DNA of 64,000 bases. It comes from Octopus vulgaris (lineage: Eukaryota). Below the pieces are notes generated by a model. It was not told where the DNA came from, ran no database searches, and saw nothing but the letters and a program-made list of their open reading frames with translations. Location of the stretch: the NCBI GenBank assembly GCA_951406725.2, contig OX597819.1:39928001-39992000 (forward strand), given 5' to 3'. The translations under genes and the position numbers were made by a program. Positions 40,680-53,778 of the stretch are shown one piece after another. The stretch's first letter is position 1; each line of letters opens with the position of its first letter.

Positions 40680-41185
40680 ATCCATTACAGTTCCAAGAGA
40701 GGCTACTCGTCCTATCAATGCTGTCGTTATCCTCTAGCTCACGGGACATGTACCATTGCATTACTTTTTGCTGGTATTATATATTCGCTCCTGTTTAGGT
40801 AGGCCAGTCCAATCTCCTTTGGTTCAATTGAGACAGTTGAATTCTCTGAGTACTTGCTTAGTAATTCTTCTCCAGCTCTGAAGAATATTGTTGCTCTAAC
40901 TTTTGAGTATGCATGTAATGTACTCATTTCTTTCTTTACTGTTCAGCAAGTGATACAGTGCAACATTCTAAGGCTGTTTGAACTGATATTGTGCTTCTAC
41001 CGCCAACTCTTTGTCTCACATAGATGTTATCGATATCGTTGTTGATGCGTAAATTGCTAGCTGTGACCAGCACCTTTCTAGTTTTGACGTACAGGCTGCG
41101 AATCTTATCCAGTCCATAATCCCAAATGTTGGTACAAGCAGCGCTACCAAAAAACACTGTGATATATGGTCTTGTTAAATGCAGA
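40680..41185 (-). pseudogene. R4/Dong-like LINE post-RT remnant
   Basis: KTRKVL..DIDNIYVRQRVGGRS resembles the D.DRLY..R..GGRG motif; probably continues 38400-38895. Confidence 0.65.
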
Positions 41186-41384
41186 CAGCTTTGTATGTAT
41201 GTATGCACGTATGTATGTATGTATGTATGTATGTATGTATGTATGTATGTATGTATGTATGTATGTATGTATGTATGCATGTATGTATGTATATATGTAT
41301 CTATGTATGTATGTATGTATGGATGGATGGATGGATGGATGGATGGATGGATGGATGGATGGATGTATGTATGTATGTGTGTGT

Positions 41385-41930
41385 CAGGTCACTTTCGAGT
41401 GCTACTGGTAACATGTAACCCAGTACAACCTGTTGCATGGTCGGGTCGTCGGCGACTAAACCCGCAACCCCACCAAGCTTGCTTGGTGAGGAGGGTGTTT
41501 ATTGGACACCCTGCGGGATGAAAAACAAAACCCGTCAAAGGGCGGAGGAACTCTTGAGAGTCAACGGCCATCCAATAAATGTCTTAAGGATGTATCATGC
41601 GCGGGGACATAGAAATAATCGGACTGAATAACCGATCGCGCGGTTAAACCATGGGGAGTGAAGGACTCCTAGCTTTTGTTAGGGCATCCCCCTAGGAGAA
41701 GGTAACTCAGGTAACTGGGATAACTCCGACATAAAACCTGCGGCTCAGTGGTTACCGATGATGTTGACTTGTTCTTTTCGGATTATGGCTGCTGTTGCTT
41801 AGTGAGTGGGATTGACTCAGTGCACAGCCTTTCCTCACTTAAAAAAAATCTTGCACAAGCATTGCACGATAACAACATTGATTAAGCTTCGTGCAATGGC
41901 CATACTCGATAACGAGGGGGCAGCCACCAT
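41385..41930 (+). mobile_element. RTE-5'UTR-like non-coding element in (TATG)n
   Basis: AAAACCCGTCAAAGGGCGGAGGA and TAGGGCATCCCCTAGGAGAAGGTAACTC resemble RTE 5' UTR motifs; no ORF. Confidence 0.5.
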
Positions 41931-41983
41931 GTCTGTCTGTCTGTCTGTCTGTATGTATGTATGTATGTATGTATGTATGAATG

Positions 41984-42014
<31 letters not shown>

Positions 42015-42656
42015 GTATGTATGTATGTACGTATGTATGTATGTATGTATGCACGTATGTATGTATGTATGTATTATGTATGTATTATGTATGTATGTAT
42101 GTATGTATGTATGTATGTATGTATGTATGTATGTATGTATGTATGCACGTATGTATGTATGCATGCGAGTGTGTGTGTGTGTGTGTGTGTGTGTGTAGGT
42201 ATGTATGTATATATGTTTAATGCATATGAATGAAGAGATAACTGTTACTGTCCGCATGTTTTTATGCTTATTTTTGCCCCTTTTCACAAACTCACTTGAA
42301 AAATTTGTAACAATTGCGTTTGAAATCGTCTTCCCAGAGCTCTATTTTGTCTTGTAGATTGTTGTTCTTTTACATTTTCACAGCTTTCATGAGGGCTGTG
42401 TTCGGTCCTTTGTATCGTTCGATTTCGACAATATCGTCTGGTATTTTTACCGTTTTCAACAGATCCGATCTATTAATGATATATAGATCCTTCACTTGTT
42501 TTTATTCAAGCTCTCAGGTTGACCACTTCTATTATTTTACTCATTATTTCTTTGAAAATGCATGTACTTCGTTAATGTCATCCATTTCGTGCTTTAGCAG
42601 AGTTGCGCAAGCGACCTCAATCGGTAATTCAAATTTTTGAGCGAGATTTGTGCTTT

Positions 42657-42840
42657 TTATCTTTTACTTGTTTTTTCACTGGACTGCGGCCATGCTGGGG
42701 CACTATTTTAAAGGGTTTAATCAAACAAATCGACCGCAGTACTTACTTCATTACAACCGATACTTATTCTATCGCTCTCATCACTAAGTGATGAGGAACA
42801 TAAACAAGCGAGCACCGGTTGCCAAATGGTGGGTGGACAC
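42657..42840 (-). mobile_element. family B SINE 3' half
   Basis: TCTTTTACTTG..GACTGCGGCCATGCTGGGGCAC is the reverse complement of the family B tail. Confidence 0.65.
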
Positions 42841-43027
42841 ACGCGCGCGTGCACACACTCACACGCACACATATGTGAGGATGTAAACTCTGTTTGACTT
42901 TTTTCTCCTTTTCTTCTCTTTTTATCTGTCCTCTGACGAAGGATTGAATCCAAAATGGATATTCCACTCCTTACGTCAAGTTCACTGTACCGCTTTCACC
43001 TTTTTCCACACACACACACACACACAG

Positions 43028-43107
<80 letters not shown>

Positions 43108-43199
43108 GGAGTAAGCACATAAAATGAAACAAGGTGGGAAAAAGAGTACTCAAATACCAGAGGAAGAGTAATATGCTTTATTTAAAACCAGCAGAAAAA

Positions 43200-43237
43200 C
43201 TGTCTGACGAACGGGAACGTGAAACTCTGAGTAACAG
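43200..43237 (+). ncRNA. minimal type-I hammerhead ribozyme
   Basis: CUGU-CUGACGA-ACG(GGAA)CGU-GAAA-C(UCUGA)G-UA-ACAG; complete core, all stems pair. Confidence 0.8.
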
Positions 43238-43270
43238 CTTTTGTTATAATTCTGCTGCTTTCAAATAATG

Positions 43271-43325
<55 letters not shown>

Positions 43326-43347
43326 AGAAAGAGAGCAAAATGGCTTA

Positions 43348-43476
43348 ATTCAAATTCGTTAGTACACTGAGAGTATCATGCTTGATGCTAATCTTCAACC
43401 ATTTTGAATTTTAAATTCAAAATGGCTGAAGATTAGTATCATACTTTAAATTCTCAGAGTAGTAACGAATTTGAAT
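43348..43476. repeat. imperfect palindrome
   Basis: Centre 43412; TGATGCTAATCTTCAACCATTTTGAATTT / AAATTCAAAATGGCTGAAGATTAGTATCA. Confidence 0.75.
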
Positions 43477-43569
43477 CAAACTGCCTTGATCTATACATGT
43501 AACTCCCAATAAACCTGTTGAGTGCCTTTCATTTATTCACTCACTTGTATATATATACATACATACACG

Positions 43570-43740
43570 AATTCGACGAGCTTCTTTCAGTTTCTGTCTA
43601 CGAAATCCACTTACAAGGTGCTTTAGCCGGCCAGTAGCTATAGTAGAAGACACTTGCCCAAAGTGCCGAGCAATAAAATTGAACTCAGTACCTCATGATG
43701 TTTGGGAAGCAAGCTTCTTTACCACTCACTCTCCCCAACG
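43570..43740 (-). mobile_element. family B SINE 5' half
   Basis: CTTCTTTCAGTTTC..GTAGAAGACACTTGCCCAAAGTGCC. Confidence 0.7.
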
Positions 43741-44297
43741 CCTATATATTTTATTTAGATCATGCTATTCTGGACCCTTTATATTTTCTTTTCCTCCTCT
43801 TTTTTATATATTGGATGTGACCACAAAGTTTGCCATGAAAGATGACCAGAACCTACTTCAGTTAAGTGGTACACTCTACTGTTCTTTAAGGAGGGCTTCC
43901 AGTTTTTCCCGGATATTATGATTTATGACCGAGAGTCGGGCTTTTATGTGAGAACCAAATTTTTACTGAGTGGTGCAACAGGATATTTATTGCCAGACGG
44001 TTTATTATACAGAACTGTGAGAATTTCTAGTCCTTGCTTGTCTGGTTTACCAAGATCATATTTCCCGGGATTATTCGGCCACTTTTTGAACTAGTCTTCT
44101 ACTTTAGGTACTTTAGGGTTAAAAATTCCTGTGATCATGTAAATGCTGGGAACTGAAAATATTGTGGCTGTTAGTAAGATGCATTGTAACTGGTAATTAG
44201 ATATATTGAAGAGGGAGGCGAGATATACCGTGGCTAGAGATTGTATACATACATATATGCAGTTGTATATGCATGTTTGTATGTATATGTGTATATT

Positions 44298-44329
<32 letters not shown>

Positions 44330-44351
44330 TGTATGTATGTATGTATGTATG

Positions 44352-44386
<35 letters not shown>

Positions 44387-44948
44387 TGGAAAAAAATATA
44401 TATCTAGTGAATGTGAAATGTAAGAAGAAAATTAATGTTTAAATTATATATAATAATAGATATCACTTATATGAACTAAAGGTGTGTTTCTGACAATGTT
44501 TACATCGGTATGCACGCTCTATAACCGTGTTTACAAGGGGATTTTTACAAAAAAAAAGAATAAAAATAGTTCAGAATTAGAGAATTACAGAATTCCTTGC
44601 CTTTATCATAAGGTATCGAGATTGAGAGAATCAACCAATCTAAATTAAATTGTTTATTGTGATCTTTTAGATCTATATGGTTTTATTTAATATAAATAAA
44701 TATTTAATATAAATAAATATTTAATATAAATAAATATGTGGCCTATATGGTTTTATTTAATATACATATAGTTATATACTTCTCATTTCTTTAGTTTTTC
44801 TTTCCTTTATCCCTCCTTTTTCTATAGGCTACCTCTGACGTTATATCCTATAACGTTTTTTTGAAACAATCTTAAAAGCGTTCAGTTAATCACTATACAT
44901 ATCCATCATTTTCTGTTAAAATGTCTTATTAACGAGTTTCATTTCTTC

Positions 44949-45037
44949 ACTTCCCTGAAGAGGAGATTACATTGCTTTACACCATTTTATTCCTTTGGAA
45001 TAATACCAGTGATATCTTCGAAACATGAGTCAGAAGT
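44949..45037 (+). ncRNA. type-I hammerhead with 58 nt stem-II domain
   Basis: ACUUCC-CUGAAGA-GGAGAU...AUCUUC-GAAA-C(AUGA)G-UC-AGAAGU; one C.A mismatch next to the site. Confidence 0.65.
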
Positions 45038-45222
45038 AAAAGAATTTGAATAACACCTGCGTTTAACTCCATTTATTTCTTTATATATATTATACAAAAT
45101 ATTTATGTTAATCCGAAGTTTCTACCTTTAAAAACGAGGAGTTTACTTGTGTGATTTTTTGCTACCCTGGAACTATTTATATATTTTCCGTGTTAATTGT
45201 TAAAAATACACACATCTATTTA

Positions 45223-45280
<58 letters not shown>

Positions 45281-45294
45281 CATACATACATACA

Positions 45295-45330
<36 letters not shown>

Positions 45331-46649
45331 TGTGTGTGTGTGTGTGTGTCTGTGTGTCTGTGTGTGGTTGGGAATAAGATTGTATTCTGGCTTGGAGTGA
45401 GATATATTAGGACTGAGAGTGAAACATACCGTAGCTAAAATGAAATATATTGTGGCATAGAGAAAGTTAAAATTTGGCTGTGAATTAGATATGTTGCGGT
45501 TACATACTGTCGCTGGGAATTGCATTTACTGTGGCTTACAGTAAGATATGATTTGGTTGGGAATCAGGCATTTTGTAACTATATACTTCTGACCAGAAAC
45601 CAGGATTCATTTTCAAGACTCATAATCAATAGGTAACTTATTATTCTGTAGATGAACATTTTATCATTTGTTCAAAATATGCATTCACTTATTGTTGTTG
45701 TTGTTTCGTAGTTGTTGCTGTTGTTGTTCAGGCTTATGTTGGCCATGATTGATCAAAACTTACGACATATGTAGATCAACCAATTATTCTAAATATATCT
45801 ACTACTACAATCATCTAATGCATCCTTCACATTTTTAGAACGGTAAATGTGACTCCAGAGAGAGAGGATATTTGGCTGCTATTTCTAGTATATCGAACAT
45901 CTATTTAGAGGTTCTGTTTGTCTCTCTTTTTTAGTAGTAGATTAAAGAAGAGCAAATATTTTATACATAAGCGTGAATTCATCTACACCAAAGAGTTAAG
46001 AAGAAAATATTAAGCATGATTCAAATCGAAATTTATGAAAGAACAATTGAGAGCGTAAAAAAAATATAGATTTATTCGGATACCACCGATACGGATTTCC
46101 TTGCTCTTTTATCACTTATTTTAACTTTAAGTACTTGTTTACACGTTCAACAAGAAATTTCATGTAGTTACTTTCTGTTGTAACGATTTGTAAAGAAAAG
46201 ATATAATTCGTTTCAGAGTACCAGAAATACTAATTTAATGTTCAGTCTTCTGAACATTAAATTTGATATCCTTGCTAGTGAGCTCATACATAAATCCACA
46301 GAAACAACTTCACCAACAACAAAAAGAAGACATACACAGGAATATCTCCAGCAGACGGGCACACAAACATAACACCAACAAAACGCATCCACCCAAACTT
46401 TGTATTAAAAAGTACAAGCAAACAAATAGATGTCCTTCATCGAAGAGAAAGAGAAGTTAGAAACAGAGAGGGGGAGATCTTCAGATTCAGCACTTTCGAA
46501 GAGCCACATAACTTGAAAACTATATGCAAATAGAACATTCTATAGGCCAGTAGACAGGGATAGCATAAGTTGTCCACAATTCCAAGCCATCGGCTATTCA
46601 GGCTACAAATTTGTGATCTGTACGGTTTAACCAAAATACACATGGGTTG

Positions 46650-47940
46650 ACCTAAATACACAGGGACCCGGTTAATATTTCTAGAGAACAGATTAGAGAA
46701 CTAGTTAAGAGGGAATTCACAAGGGTAATCGACAACAAGAGATGGGGGTTAGCACTGAAAAAGACAATAAGATTAGAATCGATAAGGTTTAACAAGGAAA
46801 TGGTGATAAAGAATTGTAGCAAAGAGGGTGAGCTTCTTTGCTTAGAAAAGGCATTGAGAATGACATTCTGGCGGCAAGATTAGCCTTTGACCGATTCTTA
46901 CACGCTAAGTACGGAGGTTGCATTGTCAGAGCAAGGGTGCGCACGCTAAGGCATGAAGAAACCAAAGGCGTTCGATTGACCAGTGTGGCAGAGGTGCCAC
47001 GCAGCAACAAAGCCACAATTCGGTTTTTGCCGGAGCACGTGCTACTCGATTCCAAGCAGATGTGTGTAGCTTTTCGGTAGCACTTCGCTCAGTTGTTTGG
47101 GGAAGACGGTGGACTGGAGACTTCGATGGCTTGCAGCGGCTCTCAGCTGTGGATGCAGAGCTCTGCAAAAAGCCGACTACAGCTGACGAAATAAGGTAAG
47201 TGATGATGGTGAAATCGCCATGGCTGGATGGTTTACTCTATAGGCTTTATCATCATATGCCAAACTTGCTCGAGGGCTTCTTGGTAGATATCTACTGTGA
47301 CTAGCAGCAGAACGCGAGAATAACCGCTTCTAAGAAAAGCGCTATAAAGGTGCTGCTGAGAAAGGACTCGAACAAGGGGAATTATTTTAACAAATTCAGT
47401 CTGCTAAATACAAAGTTGAAAAATTTTGGCCAAGGTGTTAGCGAAGAGCATGGCGCTTGTCATCGACACTCAGGTAGGTGAAGCACAGACATGCGCCATA
47501 CCACACAGATCTATCCACAACAAACTCAATCTCACGCGATACATCATAGAAAGGGGGGCGAACGACAACTGTCATCAAAGCGGCTGGTTGCGTCAGGGAG
47601 ACACCATCTTCTCACTTCTGTACATACTGACTCTAGGCCCTCTACTGCTGAAGTAGAAGGCAGCATCAATGAGCATCAAGCGAGAATTAGAACGTGGCAG
47701 ATCCGTGTTTCAATATGCAAGCAACGTCATCTAAATAGTGTGGGACACGAAACCCATTGTGATCACCATTATTCTGACGAACTTCGAGGCAGTAACAGGA
47801 GCAAAAACTAACCAGACGCCGTTGAGCCAACAGCTCGGCACCTGGAAGAGCAGGTCCATGAGGTCCAACAGCGTCGTGGGGCTCTATTTGAACGGATAGA
47901 TTAAATTGCTCGGGATTTGGTTTGGTCTCCACATTGTACT
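46650..47940 (+). pseudogene. L1/Tx1-like LINE ORF2 (RT) remnant
   Basis: GCIVRARV, KSPWLDGL, KILAKVLA..QTCAIPHRSIHN, LRQGDTIFSLLY; many stops and deletions. Confidence 0.75.
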
Positions 47941-47953
47941 GCCCTGTGTGAAT

Positions 47954-48268
47954 GCACGTGGCTTAGTGGTTAGGGTATTCGGCTCTCGATCTTAAGGTCA
48001 TGAGTTCAATTCCAGGCGACGCATTGGGTCCTTGAGCAAGACGGTTTGTTTCAAATTGCTCCAGTCCACTCAGCTAACAAAAATGAGTTGTCCTTGTATT
48101 TCAAAGGGTCAACTTGTCACATTTTGTGTCACGTTGAATATCCCTGAGAACTACGTTAAGGGTACGCGCTTGTGGTGTTCTCAGCCACTTGTACTTTAAT
48201 TTCATGAGTAGTCTGTTCCGTTTATCGGATAAACTGGAACCCTTGTCGTCGTAAGCGACGGAGTGCCA
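47954..48268 (+). mobile_element. family A SINE
   Basis: Colinear with 2156-2478. Confidence 0.8.
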
Positions 48269-48345
48269 TTTTATTGTCCTATATCGTCCCCACTGGGGAT
48301 TATTTTTTTGAATAAAGAAAACATTTATTATTATTATTATTATTA

Positions 48346-48377
<32 letters not shown>

Positions 48378-48386
48378 GCTATTGAA

Positions 48387-48580
48387 GGCGGGGAGCTGAC
48401 AGAATCGTTAGTACGCCGGGCAAAATGCTTAGTGGTATTTCGTCCGTCTTAACATTCTGAGTTCGAATTCCTCTGAAGTCGACTAACTTTTCATCAATAA
48501 AAAAAAGAATCAGTTGAATACCGAGATCGATGTAATCGACTTATCCCCGGAAATTGATGATCTTTTGCCAAAATTTGAAC
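48387..48580 (+). mobile_element. family C SINE (degenerate) after (TTA)n
   Basis: GGCGGGGAGCTGACAGAATCGTTAG..GAGTTCGAATTCC. Confidence 0.75.
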
Positions 48581-48689
48581 CTATCATCATCGTCGTCGTC
48601 ATCATCCTCATCATCGTCATCACCATTACATACTCAGCCAATTACACATGAGTCATTAATGTACCAGCAGTTCATTTCCCGTGAATTAA

Positions 48690-48858
48690 GGTTATATGCT
48701 CTTTTGAAGTTCCGTGTACTCTGCCAAGACACCATTCACTACCAGGTAATGATGTCTTCTGGACGTGCACTATTTGTATTTCTGTGTTTATCTTTTCTAG
48801 CAAATGCTTGATTTCTTTACTCACTATGCCAAGGGCACAAACAATTACTGGCACGATT
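48690..48858 (-). pseudogene. R4/Dong-like LINE C-terminal fragment
   Basis: PVIVCALGIV..VQKTSL resembles the P.V.GALG..QK..LLG end of the RLE ORF. Confidence 0.55.
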
Positions 48859-49626
48859 CAAAATAAACTCTACAGACACAAAGGCACTGCTAAGCAGGAC
48901 TGTCCGAAGTGCAAAGTGACGAAACTGTACTGTATGTATTTGTGCAATGTCCAAGCATTGCTGACTTTTGGAGTTATGTCGAATAACTTTTATCGCGTGT
49001 AAGAGGAATCCAACTGGCGGCTGAGTCCATCGTGGGGTCGCGCCATCACCCACCTTTATTAAGGCAGGCAGATGGTGTTCTGTTGTCAGGTATTTATGGC
49101 GAAAGAGGTTATGTGGTGAACGAGGCTGAAAGACACCTTCCTCTTCGGTACAATCCTCATCGACATTTTTATGTTCCACTTGGAGAGAAAAGTGAGGTTG
49201 GATAAGGAGATGCTACCTCCGAGAGAATTTGTGAAATGATGGGTGACTGTGGCGAAAATAGTTAGGGTGAGTTGGCCTAATCCTGGCATGCGTCTGTAGA
49301 TTGGAGAACGATTGGCGAGGACTCCTGCCGGTGGTTAGGATAATCCTGAATCTGTGGGGTTCCTCTATTAGCCCTTGTTGGAGTTTCTCCTGTATCAAGA
49401 GGATTATTTGTTTCATGTGATCACATACTTTGCACATTATGTATACATTTGTCTCATATCACCATCTTTTTTTCTATGTTTTTCCAACTTTTGTGTAAAC
49501 ACTCACACAAATTTTAGACAGACCTTGTGATGTCCCCCCACATCTATGCTCTTAACGTTATTATCATCATCATCATCGTCATGATCATCATCATTATCGT
49601 CATCATTACCATCATCATCATTATTA

Positions 49627-49712
<86 letters not shown>

Positions 49713-49713
<1 letters not shown>

Positions 49714-50868
49714 GAAACCTCACAGCTTATTTTCCTGGGTATGATAGAAGGTGTCAGCTGTCCACAGCCAACATACAAAGTGACGCTTGTTTATTGGTCA
49801 TGCTTCAAGAACCCTCCGAAGAATTCTTGCAGTTCCAAGCATTGTTGATTTTTGTAGTTGTTCTACCTTCACACTTGCACCAATCTTGCACCAGTCTGTT
49901 GGAAGTTGAGTACTGATATTTCCAAATGCACCAATTACTATTTGGTATCACGTCTACATTAACCACAAACTTCCTATTTCCCACTTCAAATCATCATAGT
50001 TGATTATTTTTTCTTCTTCTTTCACAATGATCTTGTCACCGGGCCATAACATGTCGATTATCATGCTTGTTCTTTCGTTTTTTATCCCTCACAACAATGT
50101 CTGGTTTCCAATGTCACATCGAGTGATCGCACTGGATAACTGAATCCCACAGGATTTTGAAGTTCTCATTCTCGGTGACTTCTTCTGGAGTTTTCTCATA
50201 CCACGTCTTTGCTCTTTGTAGGCTGTGGTTTCCACAGAGCTCCCAATGGAGCATTCTTGCCACATTGCCATGGCGTCTTTTGTATTCGCGTTGTGCCAAT
50301 TTCGGGTATTTGCTAACGATGTGCCATACCGTTTCACTCCTCTCATCACGCAATCTGCATTTGTCGCTATCGGTAGTGTTGTCTATTTTGCACTTCATGT
50401 AGTTGGTCCTGAGCTGCGCATATAAATATTTCTGTCTCTATTTTCAGGTCACTCCTCCTCATCCATAGCCACCGGTCCTCTGTGTCTCTCTTGGCATTCA
50501 CATCTCTTGCAAGCTAACCATACATTTTCTTTTCCTTCCATGCTTTTTGTTTAAATTTTTCTTTAGTTGTACAATTTTCAGTGTAGATGACGTCGACCTT
50601 CTTCGTATTTCAGCAGTAGCCCCACAGCATTTTTTATATACCACCCTAGGCTGTTTTCCTCGGTTTCGATACAGTCCTGGCAACTGATTAAACCTCTCCC
50701 ACCCTTTCTTTTAGACAAGTTCAGCCTTGTATTGTCAACATTTTTTTTTGTCTTGCTATCCATTTTCTTCACTTCTCTCTTTTGCCATTTTATAATTCTA
50801 GCTCCATATCGAAGTGACGCTATCGCCCATGTATTAAGTGCTTGGATTCTATTCCATCCAATTATTAA

Positions 50869-50870
<2 letters not shown>
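49713..50870 (-). mobile_element. 5'-truncated R4/Dong-like RLE LINE between (TAA)n tracts
   Basis: ALNTWAI..RKGGRGL; KCRL..ETVWHIVSKYPKLAQREYKRRH; KILWD; KPDIV. Confidence 0.85.
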
Positions 50871-50928
<58 letters not shown>

Positions 50929-50943
50929 CATTATTATTATTAA

Positions 50944-51156
50944 GGCGGCGAGCTGGCAGAATCGTTAGCACGCCGGGAGAAATGCGTAGCCGTATTTCGT
51001 CCGTCGTTACGTTCTGAGTTAAAATTCTGCCGAGGTCGACCTTGCTTTTCATCCTTTCAGGGTCGGTAAATTAAGTACCAGTCAAGTACTTGGGGTCGAT
51101 ATGATCCACTATCCCCCTCCCCCAAAATTCCAGGCCTTCTGCCTATAGTAGAAAGG

Positions 51157-51233
<77 letters not shown>

Positions 51234-51445
51234 GGTGGTGAGCAGGCAGAAACGTTAGCACGCTGGACGAAATGCTTAGTGGTGTTTCGACCGTCGGTAC
51301 GTTCTGATTTCAAATTCCGCCGACGTCGACTTTGCCTTTCATCCTTTCGGGGTTGATAAATTAAGTACCAGTCAAACACTGGGATCGATCTAATCGACTG
51401 GCCCCTCTTCAAAAGTTTCGGGCCTTCTGCCTTGAGTAGAAAAGA
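50944..51445 (+). mobile_element. two family C SINEs separated by (TTA)n
   Basis: 50944-51157 and 51234-51445; tail variant GTAGAAAGGA. Confidence 0.85.
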
Positions 51446-52459
51446 ATATATCAACTGTTTTTGTTGTTTTTAAGTGAATTAAAGGATTCTAATTCGTATT
51501 TTCTGCAAGATGTGTAGGCTACAGCTAAATATATAACAATTAAAGATAGAATAATTACTAAAAATGTTCCCAGGAAACTTGAATACGTAGGAATCTGTTT
51601 TAGTCACTTTATCAATCATTATATTAACCTAGAAATAAACACAACACATGGCAAAGAGATAAGTAAAAGTCATAAACGGACACTGAACCTCTTGGTAATG
51701 AGTGATCTAATTAATTCATATTTAATTGTTGATGTTTATTTTTAAATGCAGAAACGATTATCAACTGTAGAAACAGAGGTCTTAATAACACTGCGTGATA
51801 AATACATTTCATGTTGTATCTAATCTTAAAGCTATTTCGAATTCGAATAATTAAAGCCATAATAAGTCAATCGGTTCATGTTCTAGGTTCAGGTCCAGCC
51901 CGAATAGATGTCGGCTTTCATATTCGAAGACAGTGGGTGCTAATTCAATCATAAATTTATATAATTCTTACAAATTTCAGCGGTCTCTTTTGCCGAACGA
52001 CAGTCACAAAGGTACACACACGCGCACGCATGCACACACACACACATATGTGTGTATGTATATATATATATGAATACAAAGCAATGAATAGCTTTGACGA
52101 AACCATGGTATGCTTTACATTCTGACTTTTTAATCATCTCATAATAAGGACTTTTTTTTACTTTTATTACTACCTCAGTCCATCTAAATGTATATATCTG
52201 TCGTTACCTTTCATGAAAAGCCTTTTCTTTTTTTATTTACAATGTGCATTTTCGTTGATTTTTCTTATTTTCTCCTTACATTTCCACGTGTATTTTATAT
52301 ATTAATATATATATTAATGTTTGTTCTTCTATTCAGTTATAATAGAACCAATTTTACACTAATTTGATGGCTTACTTTATACTTCTATAGAAATTTATCA
52401 TTTTTATGCAAGAATGTTGTTGACAGTAACTTCGAAGTTTCGGCTAGTTTATGTATATG

Positions 52460-52770
<311 letters not shown>

Positions 52771-52854
52771 CATAAACACACATATATATGTGTGTGTGTA
52801 TACATACATACATACATACATACATACATACATACATACATACATACATACATA

Positions 52855-52990
52855 CGACGGGGCTCTTTCAATTTCCATCTACTAAATCCATTCTGAAGGC
52901 TTTGGTTGACTCAGGTTGTAGCAGAAGACACTTGTGACTGAACGCGAAACCTTGTGGCTTGGTAGCAAACTTCTTACCACACAGCCACAT
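52855..52990 (-). mobile_element. family B SINE 5' fragment
   Basis: GACGGGGCTCTTTCAATTTCCATCTAC..CTTACCACACAGCC. Confidence 0.65.
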
Positions 52991-53414
52991 CATAATAATT
53001 ATAAGGATGATGGTGATAATAATAATTACTACTGCTATTACTACATCTACCACCACCACCATTGTTAGTGAATGGTAGTAGTGTTGACAAAATGAACATT
53101 GACTTGATTGAAATGTAAAAATTTCAGGAGTAACAAGAGAATTCAATGAAAACAGGTATGTTGTTCACAACATTCCAAAATACAGCCAAACAATTATTTC
53201 TTTAAGTGTAATCAAAGTAATGAATCCTTGGCGCACCCACCAAACCGTGATGTCTAAGCCACATGCTGATTGTGGAACACGACTGTTACTCCCTAAACCT
53301 GATGACTGCGTAACGCATGAAAGTACTAGTTTATTTCAAAATCGTAAAATTGTAAAATTGTAAAAATTTCAAATGATAAAACGTGAAAATCAGACTAAGT
53401 TGAAATGACATTGA

Positions 53415-53501
<87 letters not shown>

Positions 53502-53714
53502 TATATACATGTGTGTGTGTGTGTGTTAAAAGTGAGTTTGTAGGGAAATATTATCTAGGCGGATGCTGTGTTAGCTCTCTGTTTGCTTTCAGAGGCCGGC
53601 TAACCGCAACGGTCAGTAACCAATGCCAGTGCTGACAGTTGTTAGTCACCGGTAAATTCTCCTGTTTGTTAATTCTGTGTGTCCTATTCAGGACTGTAAA
53701 TGTTCCTTAGAGTG

Positions 53715-53776
<62 letters not shown>

Positions 53777-53778
<2 letters not shown>

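Noticed and set aside
44835-44875. CUGACG-hairpin-GAAAC
   Set aside because: Core incomplete and stems I/III do not pair.
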